Positions 23,739 to 34,072 of a stretch of DNA of 38,928 nt are shown piece after piece (position 1 is the stretch's first letter; each line of letters opens with the position of its first letter). The stretch is from positions 1-38,928 of the IMG/VR virus record IMGVR_UViG_3300030097_000525. One strand, given 5' to 3'. Below the pieces are notes generated by a model that worked only from the letters and a program-made list of their open reading frames with translations, was not told the DNA's origin and searched no databases. Source of the stretch: a virus. Its lineage: Duplodnaviria; Caudoviricetes. The translations under genes and the position numbers were made by a program.

Positions 23739-25877
23739 ATGCCAACAGAAATAGACGAATATACACAAGAAGGTGACGCACCTATTCCCGAAGTTGATCA
23801 CCTTGATGACGAGGAGTTCCTTTCTCACTGTAGAGAGCAGCTAGAGGATGCAAAAGACTTCCTAGAGAACCACCTTGCACCTCACAGGTCTGATGCAATT
23901 GACGTTTACCACCAAAAGGAATATGGTGACGAAGAACAAGGACGTTCTCAGTACGTTGATTCCACACTTAGAGATACTATCAACAGTATCCTTCCTTCCC
24001 TACTAAAAATATTCACTTCTTCAGAAAGAGTGCTTGAATTTATGCCTCGTCAACCTGAAGACGAACCTTTTGCACTTCAAGCCACTGATTATGTCAGGCA
24101 CTGTCTGAACGAGTCGAATTTCTATAATGTACTTCACGATGCAATGAAAGATGCGCTTGTTGTTGGCAGCGGATTTGTTAAATATTTCTATGAATATGCA
24201 CAAGAAGTTGAAGGGTACTCTTACACAGGATTAGACGATGATACTCTTGCTGCACTTATGCAAGATAACCAGATCGAAATATCTTCTATAGATTCAAGGC
24301 CAATTGCTTCTGGAACAGATATGTCTCCCGAGGAAATGCCAATGACGCACGATATTGAGGTCAAGCGCAGATCAAACAAGGGTAAGTTTCGGCTTGAGTG
24401 TATTCCTCCAGAAGAAGTTTTATTCAACAGGAGATCTAAAGGATTTGGTGATGCGTCAACAGACCTAATTGCTCACAGGAGAGTAGTGACCGTTTCAGAT
24501 CTTGTTTCACTTGGATTTGAAAAAGAGGATTTTATCGAATATGCAGGTGATACTTATGATTTGGATCAGGCAGAAGAGTTTTATGCAAGGAGACCTGAGA
24601 TTCAAGGTAAGGAAGGACTTGCATATCAGGAAGCATCAAAAAAGCTTCTTTGGACCGAACTTTATATAAAATGTGACTACGATTTAGACGATTATGCAGA
24701 GGTCAGAAGGGTCTGCATAGCAGGACCAAATTTCGATAAGATCCTGATGAATGAGCCTGTAAATGACTTTCCTTTCGTTCATTTTACGCCTTACAGAGAG
24801 CCTCACGATGTTCAAGGCGCAGGTTTATATACGATATTGCGCGATATTCAGAAGACGAAAACACAGGTAATGCGTGGAATGTTAGATAGTCTCAGTCTCA
24901 GCATTTTTCCACGAATGAGTTTTTTAGACGGACAAGTCAGCGTATCGGACCTTATGAACGTGGAAACTGGTGCTTTGATAAGAATGCGAACTCCAGATGC
25001 AGTCAAACCTTTGACTGTTCCTTTTGTGGGTGCTGCTGCAGAGGGAATTTTGAACTACTTTTCCGAGGTAACCGAAAATAGGACAGGGATCTCAAAAGCT
25101 TCTCTTGGTTTAGATCCTTCGAGCCTTATGAGCAGTTCTCCAATTGCAGTTTCGGGAACCCTTTCTGCTGCACAACTGAAAATAGAATATATTGCAAGGA
25201 ACTTTGCAGAAACTGCACTAAAACCACTGTATCAAGGAATATTAAAGCTGATCGTGCAGCACCAAGATCGGGAGACAATGATCAGGCTTCGCAACGAGTG
25301 GATTCCTATGAATCCTGCTGCGTGGGATACAGGTTATGACGTTATGATCAACGTTGCACTTGGAGGAGGAGACGAAAACTTAAGAATGCAGGCACTTCAA
25401 ACAATAGCTGCAAAACAGGAAGAAATTATAAAAACTGTTGGTCCAGAGAATCCTTTAGTCAACATTCAGCAGTATTCAAACACACTGAGAAAAATGACAG
25501 AACTTAGTGGTTTTAAAAACTCTGAAGAGTTCTTTAAAGATCCTTCAAAAGAACCTCCTCCACAACCTGAACCTGAGAAACCTTCTCCAGAAGAAATGCA
25601 GATGCAAATGATGCAGATGCAAGTGCAACTAGCAAAAGGACAACTTGAACTTGATCAAATGAGGTTGAAGTTAGACGAAGACAAGGCACAGACAGATGCA
25701 GCATTGAAGTCTGTAGAAATTGAAACTGATGCACAGTTAAAACTTCAAGAGTTAAGTGCAAAATACAATCAGTCTATCGATACAACTCAACTTCGAGGAA
25801 TGATTGAAACTAATCGTGAAATGATCAGGCAGCAGGGTCTGCTTGAAGCAGCAAAAATTAACAAACGAGGAGATTAG
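23739..25877 (+). CDS. Portal protein (podovirus type with C-terminal helical barrel)
   Basis: 712 aa after terL; GRSQYV, D.Q..KT..RG.LD and E.RTGIS motifs; Pro-rich linker and coiled coil. Confidence 0.9.
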   Translation: MPTEIDEYTQEGDAPIPEVDHLDDEEFLSHCREQLEDAKDFLENHLAPHRSDAIDVYHQKEYGDEEQGRSQYVDSTLRDTINSILPSLLKIFTSSERVLEFMPRQPEDEPFALQATDYVRHCLNESNFYNVLHDAMKDALVVGSGFVKYFYEYAQEVEGYSYTGLDDDTLAALMQDNQIEISSIDSRPIASGTDMSPEEMPMTHDIEVKRRSNKGKFRLECIPPEEVLFNRRSKGFGDASTDLIAHRRVVTVSDLVSLGFEKEDFIEYAGDTYDLDQAEEFYARRPEIQGKEGLAYQEASKKLLWTELYIKCDYDLDDYAEVRRVCIAGPNFDKILMNEPVNDFPFVHFTPYREPHDVQGAGLYTILRDIQKTKTQVMRGMLDSLSLSIFPRMSFLDGQVSVSDLMNVETGALIRMRTPDAVKPLTVPFVGAAAEGILNYFSEVTENRTGISKASLGLDPSSLMSSSPIAVSGTLSAAQLKIEYIARNFAETALKPLYQGILKLIVQHQDRETMIRLRNEWIPMNPAAWDTGYDVMINVALGGGDENLRMQALQTIAAKQEEIIKTVGPENPLVNIQQYSNTLRKMTELSGFKNSEEFFKDPSKEPPPQPEPEKPSPEEMQMQMMQMQVQLAKGQLELDQMRLKLDEDKAQTDAALKSVEIETDAQLKLQELSAKYNQSIDTTQLRGMIETNREMIRQQGLLEAAKINKRGD

Positions 25878-25880
25878 CTT

Positions 25881-26102
25881 ATGCCTAAAGGTAAAGGATA
25901 TACAGAAAAGCAAATAATGCAAATGCGTGATGAGGGGGTCTTATCTCCTGCGGAAATTGAGAATTTGTTAAGAAGTGTCCTCGCAGGTGGAGGTGCGATT
26001 GCACCCGGTTTGGATTTGAAACCCTCCCCGGGAACTCGAGGTGCTAAAGGAGGAACCAGAAGGAGTAGGAGTCAAGGATACAAGTATTTTCCAGACAACT
26101 AA
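25881..26102 (+). CDS. Hypothetical protein
   Basis: GAGGAG RBS. Confidence 0.6.
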   Translation: MPKGKGYTEKQIMQMRDEGVLSPAEIENLLRSVLAGGGAIAPGLDLKPSPGTRGAKGGTRRSRSQGYKYFPDN

Positions 26103-26105
26103 AAT

Positions 26106-26576
26106 GTGGGAAAGGGAATTCTTAACAGGGGTACTCAGGTACATAAGTCTAAGCTTAAGTACAACAGATTAACTGTTGCCAAAAAGTTAGATTGTAATCC
26201 TGTTACAAAATACATAGAAGAAGAAAACCAGAAGATGACTTTAGATCCTTTAGGTTATGAACCTATAAAAGACATAGATGAGGTTAGTAACAGAAACAGG
26301 CGTAAAACTGATGATCAGGATAGAAAAACTACGTTGTCTCAAAAGCAGAAAGATCAGTGGAGAGGATATGTTTCTTCAAAATTAAAAGTTGACGATCAGG
26401 AAAACATTAGAAGGGTTAAGAAGGAGGTGGATCTTTGGTTAAGAGAAACGAGAGTACCTAAGAAACTTCAAAACAAACTTCAACGACAAGCTTCTGAAAA
26501 AGGACTAGAGGGTAGTCAAGTAGATAAATACATTCAAAAAGTAGAGAGAAGAATGAACAGGAGAAAAAGTGACTAG
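26106..26576 (+). CDS. Hypothetical basic protein
   Basis: Lys/Arg-rich ORF in operon orientation. Confidence 0.55.
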   Translation: MGKGILNRGTQVHKSKLKYNRLTVAKKLDCNPVTKYIEEENQKMTLDPLGYEPIKDIDEVSNRNRRKTDDQDRKTTLSQKQKDQWRGYVSSKLKVDDQENIRRVKKEVDLWLRETRVPKKLQNKLQRQASEKGLEGSQVDKYIQKVERRMNRRKSD

Positions 26577-26676
26577 ACTTATCAGGGGGGTACGACTGAA
26601 ACCTCTAACTTAGATCGGATCTTGGAATTGATGCCGAATCATCAACTGAGCAGCTTAACCCCCCAGTTTTCTTGAT

Positions 26677-29193
26677 ATGACCACAAATATTAGACAACGT
26701 AACAGAGCAGTAGGGTCTCAACCCGGTTTTTGGCAGACTATTGGAGATCAAATTCCGGGTCTTGCAAGAGGTGCATATTCAGGATTACTTGGCTTGCCCG
26801 GTGATGTTGAAGAAATGACAGTTTCAGCAGCACCCTATGCTCTTTTATCTCAAGGTAAAATATCTCCACAAAGATTCTCTAATCTTGCTACTCAGGATTA
26901 CTCCCCCGGACTACTTACCTCAGAAGAAATTGCAGATCCACTAAGAAAAGAGGGTCTCCTTTCAAAAAGACCACTTGAAGGAGAATATACCGAACTTGCA
27001 GGAATGTTTCTCTCTCCAGACATGTTTGTTGGTGATATTGCAAAACTTGGAGCACTGGGTGTTGGTGCTTCTATTTTTACTTCTCCTGCACAGAAAGCAG
27101 TTCGTGAAGTTAGCAAAGAAGCACTTCCTTCTCAGCAGTGGTTAAAACAACTTGAGGGAAGAGGAGTTAAGAAAGACGAATTGGAGTGGACAGGACTTTT
27201 GAATTTTCTGAAAGGGAAAAAGGGCAACATTCAAAAATCTGAAGTTGAAGATTTTATTGAGGCAAACAAGATAGAGATTGAAGAAGTTGTAACAGGAGGG
27301 AAGGTTGAGCCAAATTTAGACAGCAAATATGCAGTTCCAGAAGTTCTGGAAGCAAGAAGCAACTCAAACGGGACACATCACGATACAGAATTATGGTTGA
27401 CCAGTGATGAGAGCACTTATTTTTCGTTGAAAGATCAGTTCCCAGAAATCCAAAAAATGGAAGATGCAGATGAGGATTGGGCAGAATATATTGTAAAAGA
27501 AGTGTTTGGGGAAGAACCACCAAGCACTAGGTTCGGGAGTGAGGATTTGCAACTTTCCGGTGGTGAGAACTATAGGGAACTTGTTTTAAAATGGCCTAAT
27601 AGCAATGTTGAAAAAGCAAGTAAAGAATTGCAAGACTTTACCTCTCAGTTTAAAGATGAGTCTGGGAGAAGTCTTCCAATTCCGGATGAGTTTAAAGCAG
27701 AATATGAAAGATTAACCCAAGCAATTGCTGATGCAAAACCTTACAGGGGTGGGCACTTCCCAGAAGAGGATAATGTTCTGTCACATATTCGGTTTAACGA
27801 GAGAGTAGACACAGACGGCAATAAGGTTCTGTTCATTGAAGAGATCCAGAGTGATTGGGCACATGCTGGTTTGGATAAAGGATTTAAGGACAAAGCATAC
27901 CAAGAACTTGAAGCATCTTTAACTAAAGAATTAAATGGTTATGAAACAGAATTCCAAGAGGTGGCAAACAAATTGATGCCCAATGCAATTCTTACTAGAG
28001 AAAATGTAATACCAAATCCAATGTATGATCCTCCTCCAGAGATGCTTCTGGAGAAAGATAGAATATGGGCATTTAAAACCCCAACTGGAACAGTAGCGAT
28101 AAAGAAGAATCAGTACAAAGCAACTGATTTTTTAAGTGACGGTGACGAAGCAATACCTTCTGCCCCGGATATTACTCAGGATGAAGCGTTAGAAATAGTG
28201 TTAAGGGATTTTCAACCAGACCCAAATGTGGTAAGGGCAGATTTGATCCACCAAATAAACACGAAAAGCCCTAGTGAATTTGCACAAAAATTTAATATCC
28301 CAACAGAAGAAGTGAATAGGATTTATGGTTTGCCAAGTAGTATATTTCAGGTAAGTCAAAAATTAGAGGGGGGTGCTAAATTACCACCCGGACCTTTTGT
28401 TACAGATACTCACCAGTGGACTAACTTGTCACTGAAGCGCATGACCAAGTGGGCTACCGATAACGGATTTGACTCTATTGCTTGGACAACCGGGAAGCAA
28501 CAGGGGCAGAGGTATAAACGTATTAGTCCTGTTGGTAGTATAAAATTCAGTGATGTTTCAGCAAGAGACGGTGATGTTAAGTCATGGAAGATAGAGGCAT
28601 GGAAGGGAAAAGATGATGCTGCTACTTTAGAATCTCCTGCTGGGAGTTCTCATAAATATAGTGGTGGGCGGATCAATCTTTCTGATGATAAAGAATTTTT
28701 TTCTGAAGCAGAAATGCGTAAAACTTTTGGTGATGAAGTCGCTGATCAAATTATTGCTGACAGTGAACGATTGGGTGACGAATGGGGGAAACCGGGAGTT
28801 TCTGCTGCAATTTTAAATATCCAAGAAAAGTTTGGTGATGTTGAGGTAGGAGGGGAATATGGTAAATTTATCTATGATAAAGTATTGACTGAACAAGCTA
28901 AGAAGATTGGAAAGAAGCACGGTGCAAAGGTTGAGAAAGGTACTGTTTTTACAGAATCTGGTCCCTCTAAAACCACAACTGAAGAAATGAGGGAATACAT
29001 TGAAAGTGGACAGGATGTTGAAGATTTGAAGAAAAGTCTTTTAGGAACTGGAGAAGGACAAGAAGTCTGGACCTTGCGCCTAACAGACAAGCTCAAGGAA
29101 GCAGCAAAAGAGGGGTTGCCTTATTACGCTTTAGTACCTCCGGGTCTTTTGGCAGTTGGAGCACAGAGGGAAAGACAGTCCCTGTTAGAGTAG
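26677..29193 (+). CDS. Large virion-cargo-like protein with an EEIQSDW domain
   Basis: GVKKDELEW.GL, GGENYRELVL, SHIRFNER, LFIEEIQSDW and GFD.IAWTTG.QQ..RY are motifs I recognise from large phage polyvalent/injected proteins. Confidence 0.7.
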   Translation: MTTNIRQRNRAVGSQPGFWQTIGDQIPGLARGAYSGLLGLPGDVEEMTVSAAPYALLSQGKISPQRFSNLATQDYSPGLLTSEEIADPLRKEGLLSKRPLEGEYTELAGMFLSPDMFVGDIAKLGALGVGASIFTSPAQKAVREVSKEALPSQQWLKQLEGRGVKKDELEWTGLLNFLKGKKGNIQKSEVEDFIEANKIEIEEVVTGGKVEPNLDSKYAVPEVLEARSNSNGTHHDTELWLTSDESTYFSLKDQFPEIQKMEDADEDWAEYIVKEVFGEEPPSTRFGSEDLQLSGGENYRELVLKWPNSNVEKASKELQDFTSQFKDESGRSLPIPDEFKAEYERLTQAIADAKPYRGGHFPEEDNVLSHIRFNERVDTDGNKVLFIEEIQSDWAHAGLDKGFKDKAYQELEASLTKELNGYETEFQEVANKLMPNAILTRENVIPNPMYDPPPEMLLEKDRIWAFKTPTGTVAIKKNQYKATDFLSDGDEAIPSAPDITQDEALEIVLRDFQPDPNVVRADLIHQINTKSPSEFAQKFNIPTEEVNRIYGLPSSIFQVSQKLEGGAKLPPGPFVTDTHQWTNLSLKRMTKWATDNGFDSIAWTTGKQQGQRYKRISPVGSIKFSDVSARDGDVKSWKIEAWKGKDDAATLESPAGSSHKYSGGRINLSDDKEFFSEAEMRKTFGDEVADQIIADSERLGDEWGKPGVSAAILNIQEKFGDVEVGGEYGKFIYDKVLTEQAKKIGKKHGAKVEKGTVFTESGPSKTTTEEMREYIESGQDVEDLKKSLLGTGEGQEVWTLRLTDKLKEAAKEGLPYYALVPPGLLAVGAQRERQSLLE

Positions 29194-29264
29194 CAAGAAG
29201 GAGGTAAAATAATTTATCATTTATCTCAGTGTACTATACCCTTGAACGAATTTAAGAAATAAAC

Positions 29265-29519
29265 TTGGCAGATACAGATAAAATTTTTCGTGCAGAAGAA
29301 GCAGCGCGGATTTATAAAGCAAATTCATTTAATGAAGCTTGGGAAGAATTAAGAAAGATTCTTATCGAGAAACTTATTAACACAGATCCGCTGGATAACG
29401 AGATCCGAGAATTGCATTACAGCAGGATTAAGCTGCTTGACGAATTGAAAGAAGCATTTATTAGGATTATGAATGAGGGGAGTATTGAAGCAAAAACACT
29501 TAGATTAAAACGAAAATGA
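29265..29519 (+). CDS. Small head-module protein
   Basis: Helical 84-aa protein before the scaffold; ATGA overlap. Confidence 0.7.
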   Translation: MADTDKIFRAEEAARIYKANSFNEAWEELRKILIEKLINTDPLDNEIRELHYSRIKLLDELKEAFIRIMNEGSIEAKTLRLKRK

Positions 29520-30499
29520 GTGAAGAAGCACAACCCCTAGACATGCAAGGAGCAGAAAATGCCTTTGCAACCCTTTTATCAGGTAAGGAACCTGAACCAA
29601 CAGAATCCGAGGAACTCACAGAAGAGCAACCCGCGGATCTTGTTGATCATTTAGACCCTGTTGAAGAGGAACAGGAATCTTCCGAAGAAGAAGTAACTGA
29701 AGAAGAGGAAGAAGAGCAGCTAGTCGAAGCTCAAAAATATGCACTGCCCTTCGGGGATAACGGAGCAGTTATTGAGGTAGACCAAGGTGAACTTCAGAAT
29801 TATGTTCTCAGGCAACAGGATTATACGAAGAAGACACAGGAAGTTGCAGCAGAAAGAAAGCAGCTTAACGAGGAAAGGAACTCCTTACGAGCAATCCAAT
29901 CACTCGCTAATCAGTTACAAGATGAATACGATTCTTTAAAAAAAGTCGAGGAAGTCGAAAACTCAGACGAGTATTGGAACCAGTTAAAAGCTGAAAATCC
30001 AATGCAATTCTTGGTTGAGAGACAGGAGATGCAGGAGAAATCTTCTGAGCGTGAAGTAGCGCAGCAGAAGGTTTATCATATGCAGCAACAGTTGGCAGAA
30101 CAAAGTAAGCTTGAGCAGCAGAGGACGCTATACTCCGAAGCACAGAAACTTGAGGAGATGATCCCTGAGTGGAAGGATCAGGCAACTGCAGAAAAAGAAA
30201 AAGCAGAGTTAATGACCTATGGCAGAGCAAATAATTACTCAGATGAGGAGCTAAATAATGTCTCTGATTCGAGAGCAATTAATATGCTGAGAAAAGCTTT
30301 CCTTTGGGACGAGTTACAATCTAAAAAAGGTAACTTGAAGCAAAAAGCTTTAGCAACTCCTGCTAGTTCAACTGCAATAAGAAATGCCAATGCACCTCGA
30401 AAGAAGATGACGGAATTCAAAAAGGCTGAGTTACAACTAAGAAAAACAGGTAAATTAAAGGACGCAGCGAGTGCGTTCGAGGTACTTTTAAGAAAATAA
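29516..30499 (+). CDS. Capsid scaffolding protein
   Basis: Acidic N-terminus, RQ.DYTKKTQE.A, coiled coil, basic C-terminus L.KTG...DAA. Confidence 0.85.
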   Translation: MSEEAQPLDMQGAENAFATLLSGKEPEPTESEELTEEQPADLVDHLDPVEEEQESSEEEVTEEEEEEQLVEAQKYALPFGDNGAVIEVDQGELQNYVLRQQDYTKKTQEVAAERKQLNEERNSLRAIQSLANQLQDEYDSLKKVEEVENSDEYWNQLKAENPMQFLVERQEMQEKSSEREVAQQKVYHMQQQLAEQSKLEQQRTLYSEAQKLEEMIPEWKDQATAEKEKAELMTYGRANNYSDEELNNVSDSRAINMLRKAFLWDELQSKKGNLKQKALATPASSTAIRNANAPRKKMTEFKKAELQLRKTGKLKDAASAFEVLLRK

Positions 30500-30514
30500 T
30501 TGTAAGGAGGAACT

Positions 30515-31552
30515 ATGGCAGTTTTAACTGACGTAATGGAGACTTATGATGCCTCTGCGATAAAGGAAGATATTTCTTCTGTAATTTTTAATCTGGACCC
30601 AGACGAAACTCCAGTTTTGTCTAATGCCGGACGCAGGGACGTACATAACACTCTATTTCAATGGCAGACAGAATCGTTGCCAACATCTGCTTCAACGAAC
30701 AAACATATCGAGGGTGCAAAAATTCTCGAGGTGGATGCAGAACTTGATGCAGGAACAGCAACTACTCTGCTTAATAACTACACACAAATTTCTTGGAGAA
30801 ACGCAACTGTTTCTGGAACACTCCAAAGTGTTTCTCAACACGCCAAGTCCCAAGAAATGGCTCATCAAATGGCACTCAGATCTAAGCAATTAAAAATCGA
30901 TATAGAAAAGTCGATCTTGTCCCACAACCCTGCAATCGCAGGTGCTTCTGGAACTGCAAGACAGTCCGAGTCTCTTCCGCATATGCTCGGTAGACTTGGA
31001 ACTGCAGGATCTGCGTGGGCTTCAACAGATACCAGTATTCATATTGATACAAGTGGTGGAACACTGACAGTAGTTGCAACGAGCGCAACTGGTGCTCATA
31101 CTGATTCAACCACTGCAGCAGGTTCTCTTCCCGCAATGACTGAAGCACTCTTTATGGGAGTCGCAAACGGTGTGTGGGACAACGGTGGGAATCTTGACAC
31201 TGTTGTTTGCAATGGTGCAATAAAGAGAGAGATAAGCGACTTCGCAGGTCGTGCTGCCTCTCAAATTATTGTGTCTCCCGAGACAGTAGCCAACAACGTT
31301 ACTCTGGTTCAAACTGACTTTGGTGACTGCAAGGTAATGCTTGACCGACATATGGCAGTAACCAACGGTGTGGATGTTGGTTTTATCGACTGGGACTATT
31401 TGAACGTTGCGTTCTTGCGTCCCTTCACAAGTCAAGTCCTAGGTAAACAGGGTGACGCTGACGTTACGAATCTCTTATGCGAATGGGGCGTAATGTTGTC
31501 GAATTCTCAGAGTATGGGCTGGATGTTCGATGTTAACAAAACATACGCATAA
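30515..31552 (+). CDS. Major capsid protein (DUF5309 / SU10-like)
   Basis: EDIS..I.N..P.ETP, WQT.SL, NYTQI...VSGT, K.DIE and TDFG motifs; AAGGAGG RBS. Confidence 0.9.
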   Translation: MAVLTDVMETYDASAIKEDISSVIFNLDPDETPVLSNAGRRDVHNTLFQWQTESLPTSASTNKHIEGAKILEVDAELDAGTATTLLNNYTQISWRNATVSGTLQSVSQHAKSQEMAHQMALRSKQLKIDIEKSILSHNPAIAGASGTARQSESLPHMLGRLGTAGSAWASTDTSIHIDTSGGTLTVVATSATGAHTDSTTAAGSLPAMTEALFMGVANGVWDNGGNLDTVVCNGAIKREISDFAGRAASQIIVSPETVANNVTLVQTDFGDCKVMLDRHMAVTNGVDVGFIDWDYLNVAFLRPFTSQVLGKQGDADVTNLLCEWGVMLSNSQSMGWMFDVNKTYA

Positions 31553-31556
31553 TTAA

Positions 31557-31886
31557 ATGAAAGCTTCTTCTAGAGTGGGGTTAAAACCCACTTCAAGTAG
31601 CAGCGTAATATACAATCACCGGGGAGACGTAATGAGTGAATATTACGTTGACCCGGTTGATAACGTCATTACGTTTAACCGCAAGCAAGATGTGTCAAAA
31701 CTCTTAAAGTATTGTCACGCAAAGCGTAACCACGTTCCAATTGATCGGAAAAGTTGCGTCAGATCTATAGCAGAGATCCCGAACATAATATACTACCGTG
31801 CAGTCAGAGAAGGTTGGGCAAACGACTCAGATGCGTGGAAGAAGTGGTATCGAGATCCTGACAACAAATATTTTAGAACCTCATAA
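31557..31886 (+). CDS. Conserved small protein after the capsid gene
   Basis: QDV..L, IAEIP and KKW..DPDN..FRT motifs. Confidence 0.7.
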   Translation: MKASSRVGLKPTSSSSVIYNHRGDVMSEYYVDPVDNVITFNRKQDVSKLLKYCHAKRNHVPIDRKSCVRSIAEIPNIIYYRAVREGWANDSDAWKKWYRDPDNKYFRTS

Positions 31887-31901
31887 CATGAAAGGATAAT
31901 C

Positions 31902-32099
31902 ATGAAAAAAGCCTTAAAAGATTATATTGAAAAGCAGATAGATAAAGTCCTTGATCTTGGTGACGAAGGGAAACCAGACGTTCAAGCTTTCAACAAGATT
32001 CGGAAAAATTTTGGTGGAGGAGCAGGAGATTTTATCCTAATGGGAATGATCTGTAACCGAGCAATTGAACGAAGTAAAAAAGGTAACGGGAAAAAATAG
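31902..32099 (+). CDS. Hypothetical protein
   Basis: AAAGGA RBS. Confidence 0.6.
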   Translation: MKKALKDYIEKQIDKVLDLGDEGKPDVQAFNKIRKNFGGGAGDFILMGMICNRAIERSKKGNGKK

Positions 32100-32740
32100 T
32101 GGCTATAACGTCTTACAGCACCCTGATCAGTGCAGCAAAGACGTACCTGAATCGATCTGATATTTCTGATGCACAAATTAAAGAATTTATATCACTGGCT
32201 GAAGCGTCTTTTAACCGGGTACTAAGAACTCGAAATCAGATCAAGCGGAGCACCTCAGACGTTTCGACTCAGTTCGTCACTATGCCCACTGATCTACTGG
32301 AACTTTATAATATCCAGCTAAACAGTGATCCTATAGTTAGGCTTGAGCAGGTTTCTTTGTCTGCCTTAGACACAATGAAATCTCAGTCAACCACTACAGG
32401 CAAGCCAAGATATTTTGCTATCACAGGCTCGGACCTCGAGTTTTATCCTGCCCCCGATTCAACCTATGAGATAGAAGTAATTTATTACTCTACTATCACT
32501 CCTTTGTCCGACTCAAATGCCGACAACTTTTTAATAACGAATCACAATGATATTTACCTGTTTGGTACTTTAGTTCAAGCTGAACCCTTCCTTATGAACG
32601 ATGAGAGAATAGGTGTGTGGGGAGCATTTTTAGGCAAGGCAATTGAGGAACTTAGAATCTCAGACGAAAGATCACAAACAGAAAGTGGAACTATAGTTAT
32701 GAGAGCAAAAAGGAACCTTGACTTTGGAGGTTGGAAATGA
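32099..32740 (+). CDS. Head-tail adaptor protein
   Basis: YLNRSD, FISLAEA..NR.LR, G.PRYF, P.PD..Y and YL.G.L..A.PFL.NDER motifs. Confidence 0.8.
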   Translation: MAITSYSTLISAAKTYLNRSDISDAQIKEFISLAEASFNRVLRTRNQIKRSTSDVSTQFVTMPTDLLELYNIQLNSDPIVRLEQVSLSALDTMKSQSTTTGKPRYFAITGSDLEFYPAPDSTYEIEVIYYSTITPLSDSNADNFLITNHNDIYLFGTLVQAEPFLMNDERIGVWGAFLGKAIEELRISDERSQTESGTIVMRAKRNLDFGGWK

Positions 32741-32982
32741 GTTATCACATATCACCTCAAACTTATTCAGAACAAACTTCGCCAACAACAACGTTTTCTT
32801 CTCAGTCAGCATCCTCATTAACTTTTTCTGGTCAAACAAGTCCCACTGCAACCTTCACTGAAAAGTCACCAACACTTGAAGGGACATTCTACGGACTAGA
32901 TGACTATGAAAGATCTATAGATGCGGGCGGGGGTAGTATATATTACGAAGGACGAACTTTAATTTTAGGAAGGGCAGAATAA
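32737..32982 (+). CDS. Small structural protein with 10-aa repeats
   Basis: ATGA overlap; T(F/Y)SxQ(T/S) four times at 10-aa spacing. Confidence 0.6.
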   Translation: MSYHISPQTYSEQTSPTTTFSSQSASSLTFSGQTSPTATFTEKSPTLEGTFYGLDDYERSIDAGGGSIYYEGRTLILGRAE

Positions 32983-34070
32983 TGGCAAACACTTTCACAA
33001 CAAACTATAGCCTAACCAAGCCTGAGGTGGGAGGCGCAAACGACACGTGGGGCACACTTATAAATTCAGATCTAGACGATCTTGATTCTCAGGTCTACAA
33101 CAAAGTAGACAAAGTAGATCAGAAGGGTGTTACTCACTCTTTAAGTTTCTCAGGGAATAATATAACAACAGGAACCAGCAACGGGTTTAATTCCTACATT
33201 GCAGGAGACAGATTATATATTGCAAATGCTTCAAGTAATGCTGCAAACCTTGGAGAGTTTTTAATAGAAAATGTTGTCAGTGATACAGAGTTAGATCTTA
33301 AAAAAGCAGACGGAACCACAGATGCAGGATTCACAACAGAAACTATTTCTTCTGTTGTTTATCTGTTATCTGAACCAAGGTTTACTCGGCAGGGTTTGAC
33401 TCAGTTAGCAGGAGAAATAAAACTTTATGGAAGCACCACTCTATCAGTAATTCAAGCTTTGGGAAGCATAGATTATGCAGGAGGAACAAGATATTTTTGG
33501 CTGCCCTGTGACGGATCTGCTTATTCAAGAACTTTGTATGATGACCTCTTTGATGTTATTGGAACTTCTTTCGGAGTCGGTAACGGTTCCACTACTTTTA
33601 ACGTTCCAGACTTCAGAGGAAGAGCACCTATAGGAACAGGAACAGGAACAGGGGGTGCTGCTGAAGATACAGCAACAGGGACAGCACCTACAGGAGGATC
33701 AACACTCACTGCAAGAGACTTAGGAGAGTGGGGAGGAAGGGAAACTTTCTCAATAGCTTCAGCAAACCTGCCCACTCACGTTCACACAATAGCACACCAG
33801 CATGATTTTGCAGATACTGATGCTCATACTCATGTCGTAGGAACAGGTGGGGTAGTACACCAAAGTGGGACAACTACAACTAAAGTAACACACGATCACG
33901 GTGCAGGTTCTGGTACTCACACCACTGAATCAACTACAGTTTCTATTTCAGGAATTACCACAAATATAAGTGCAGATGATACAGGTAACGGTGGTTTTGC
34001 AAATACTGCAATGACTAGTCATGAAAGAGCAATGCCCTTCCTTTGTGTTAATTATATAATTGCAACTTAA
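32982..34070 (+). CDS. Tail fibre with tail-collar domain
   Basis: N-terminal LTKPEVG..TWG anchor; collar motif [32 protein letters not shown]; His-rich tip; ends P.L.VNYII. Confidence 0.85.
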   Translation: MANTFTTNYSLTKPEVGGANDTWGTLINSDLDDLDSQVYNKVDKVDQKGVTHSLSFSGNNITTGTSNGFNSYIAGDRLYIANASSNAANLGEFLIENVVSDTELDLKKADGTTDAGFTTETISSVVYLLSEPRFTRQGLTQLAGEIKLYGSTTLSVIQALGSIDYAGGTRYFWLPCDGSAYSRTLYDDLFDVIGTSFGVGNGSTTFNVPDFRGRAPIGTGTGTGGAAEDTATGTAPTGGSTLTARDLGEWGGRETFSIASANLPTHVHTIAHQHDFADTDAHTHVVGTGGVVHQSGTTTTKVTHDHGAGSGTHTTESTTVSISGITTNISADDTGNGGFANTAMTSHERAMPFLCVNYIIAT

Positions 34071-34072
34071 AA

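Noticed and set aside
30501-30510. TGTAAGGAGG as another copy of the TGTAAGGGGT box
   Set aside because: It is explained by the Shine-Dalgarno sequence of the capsid gene.
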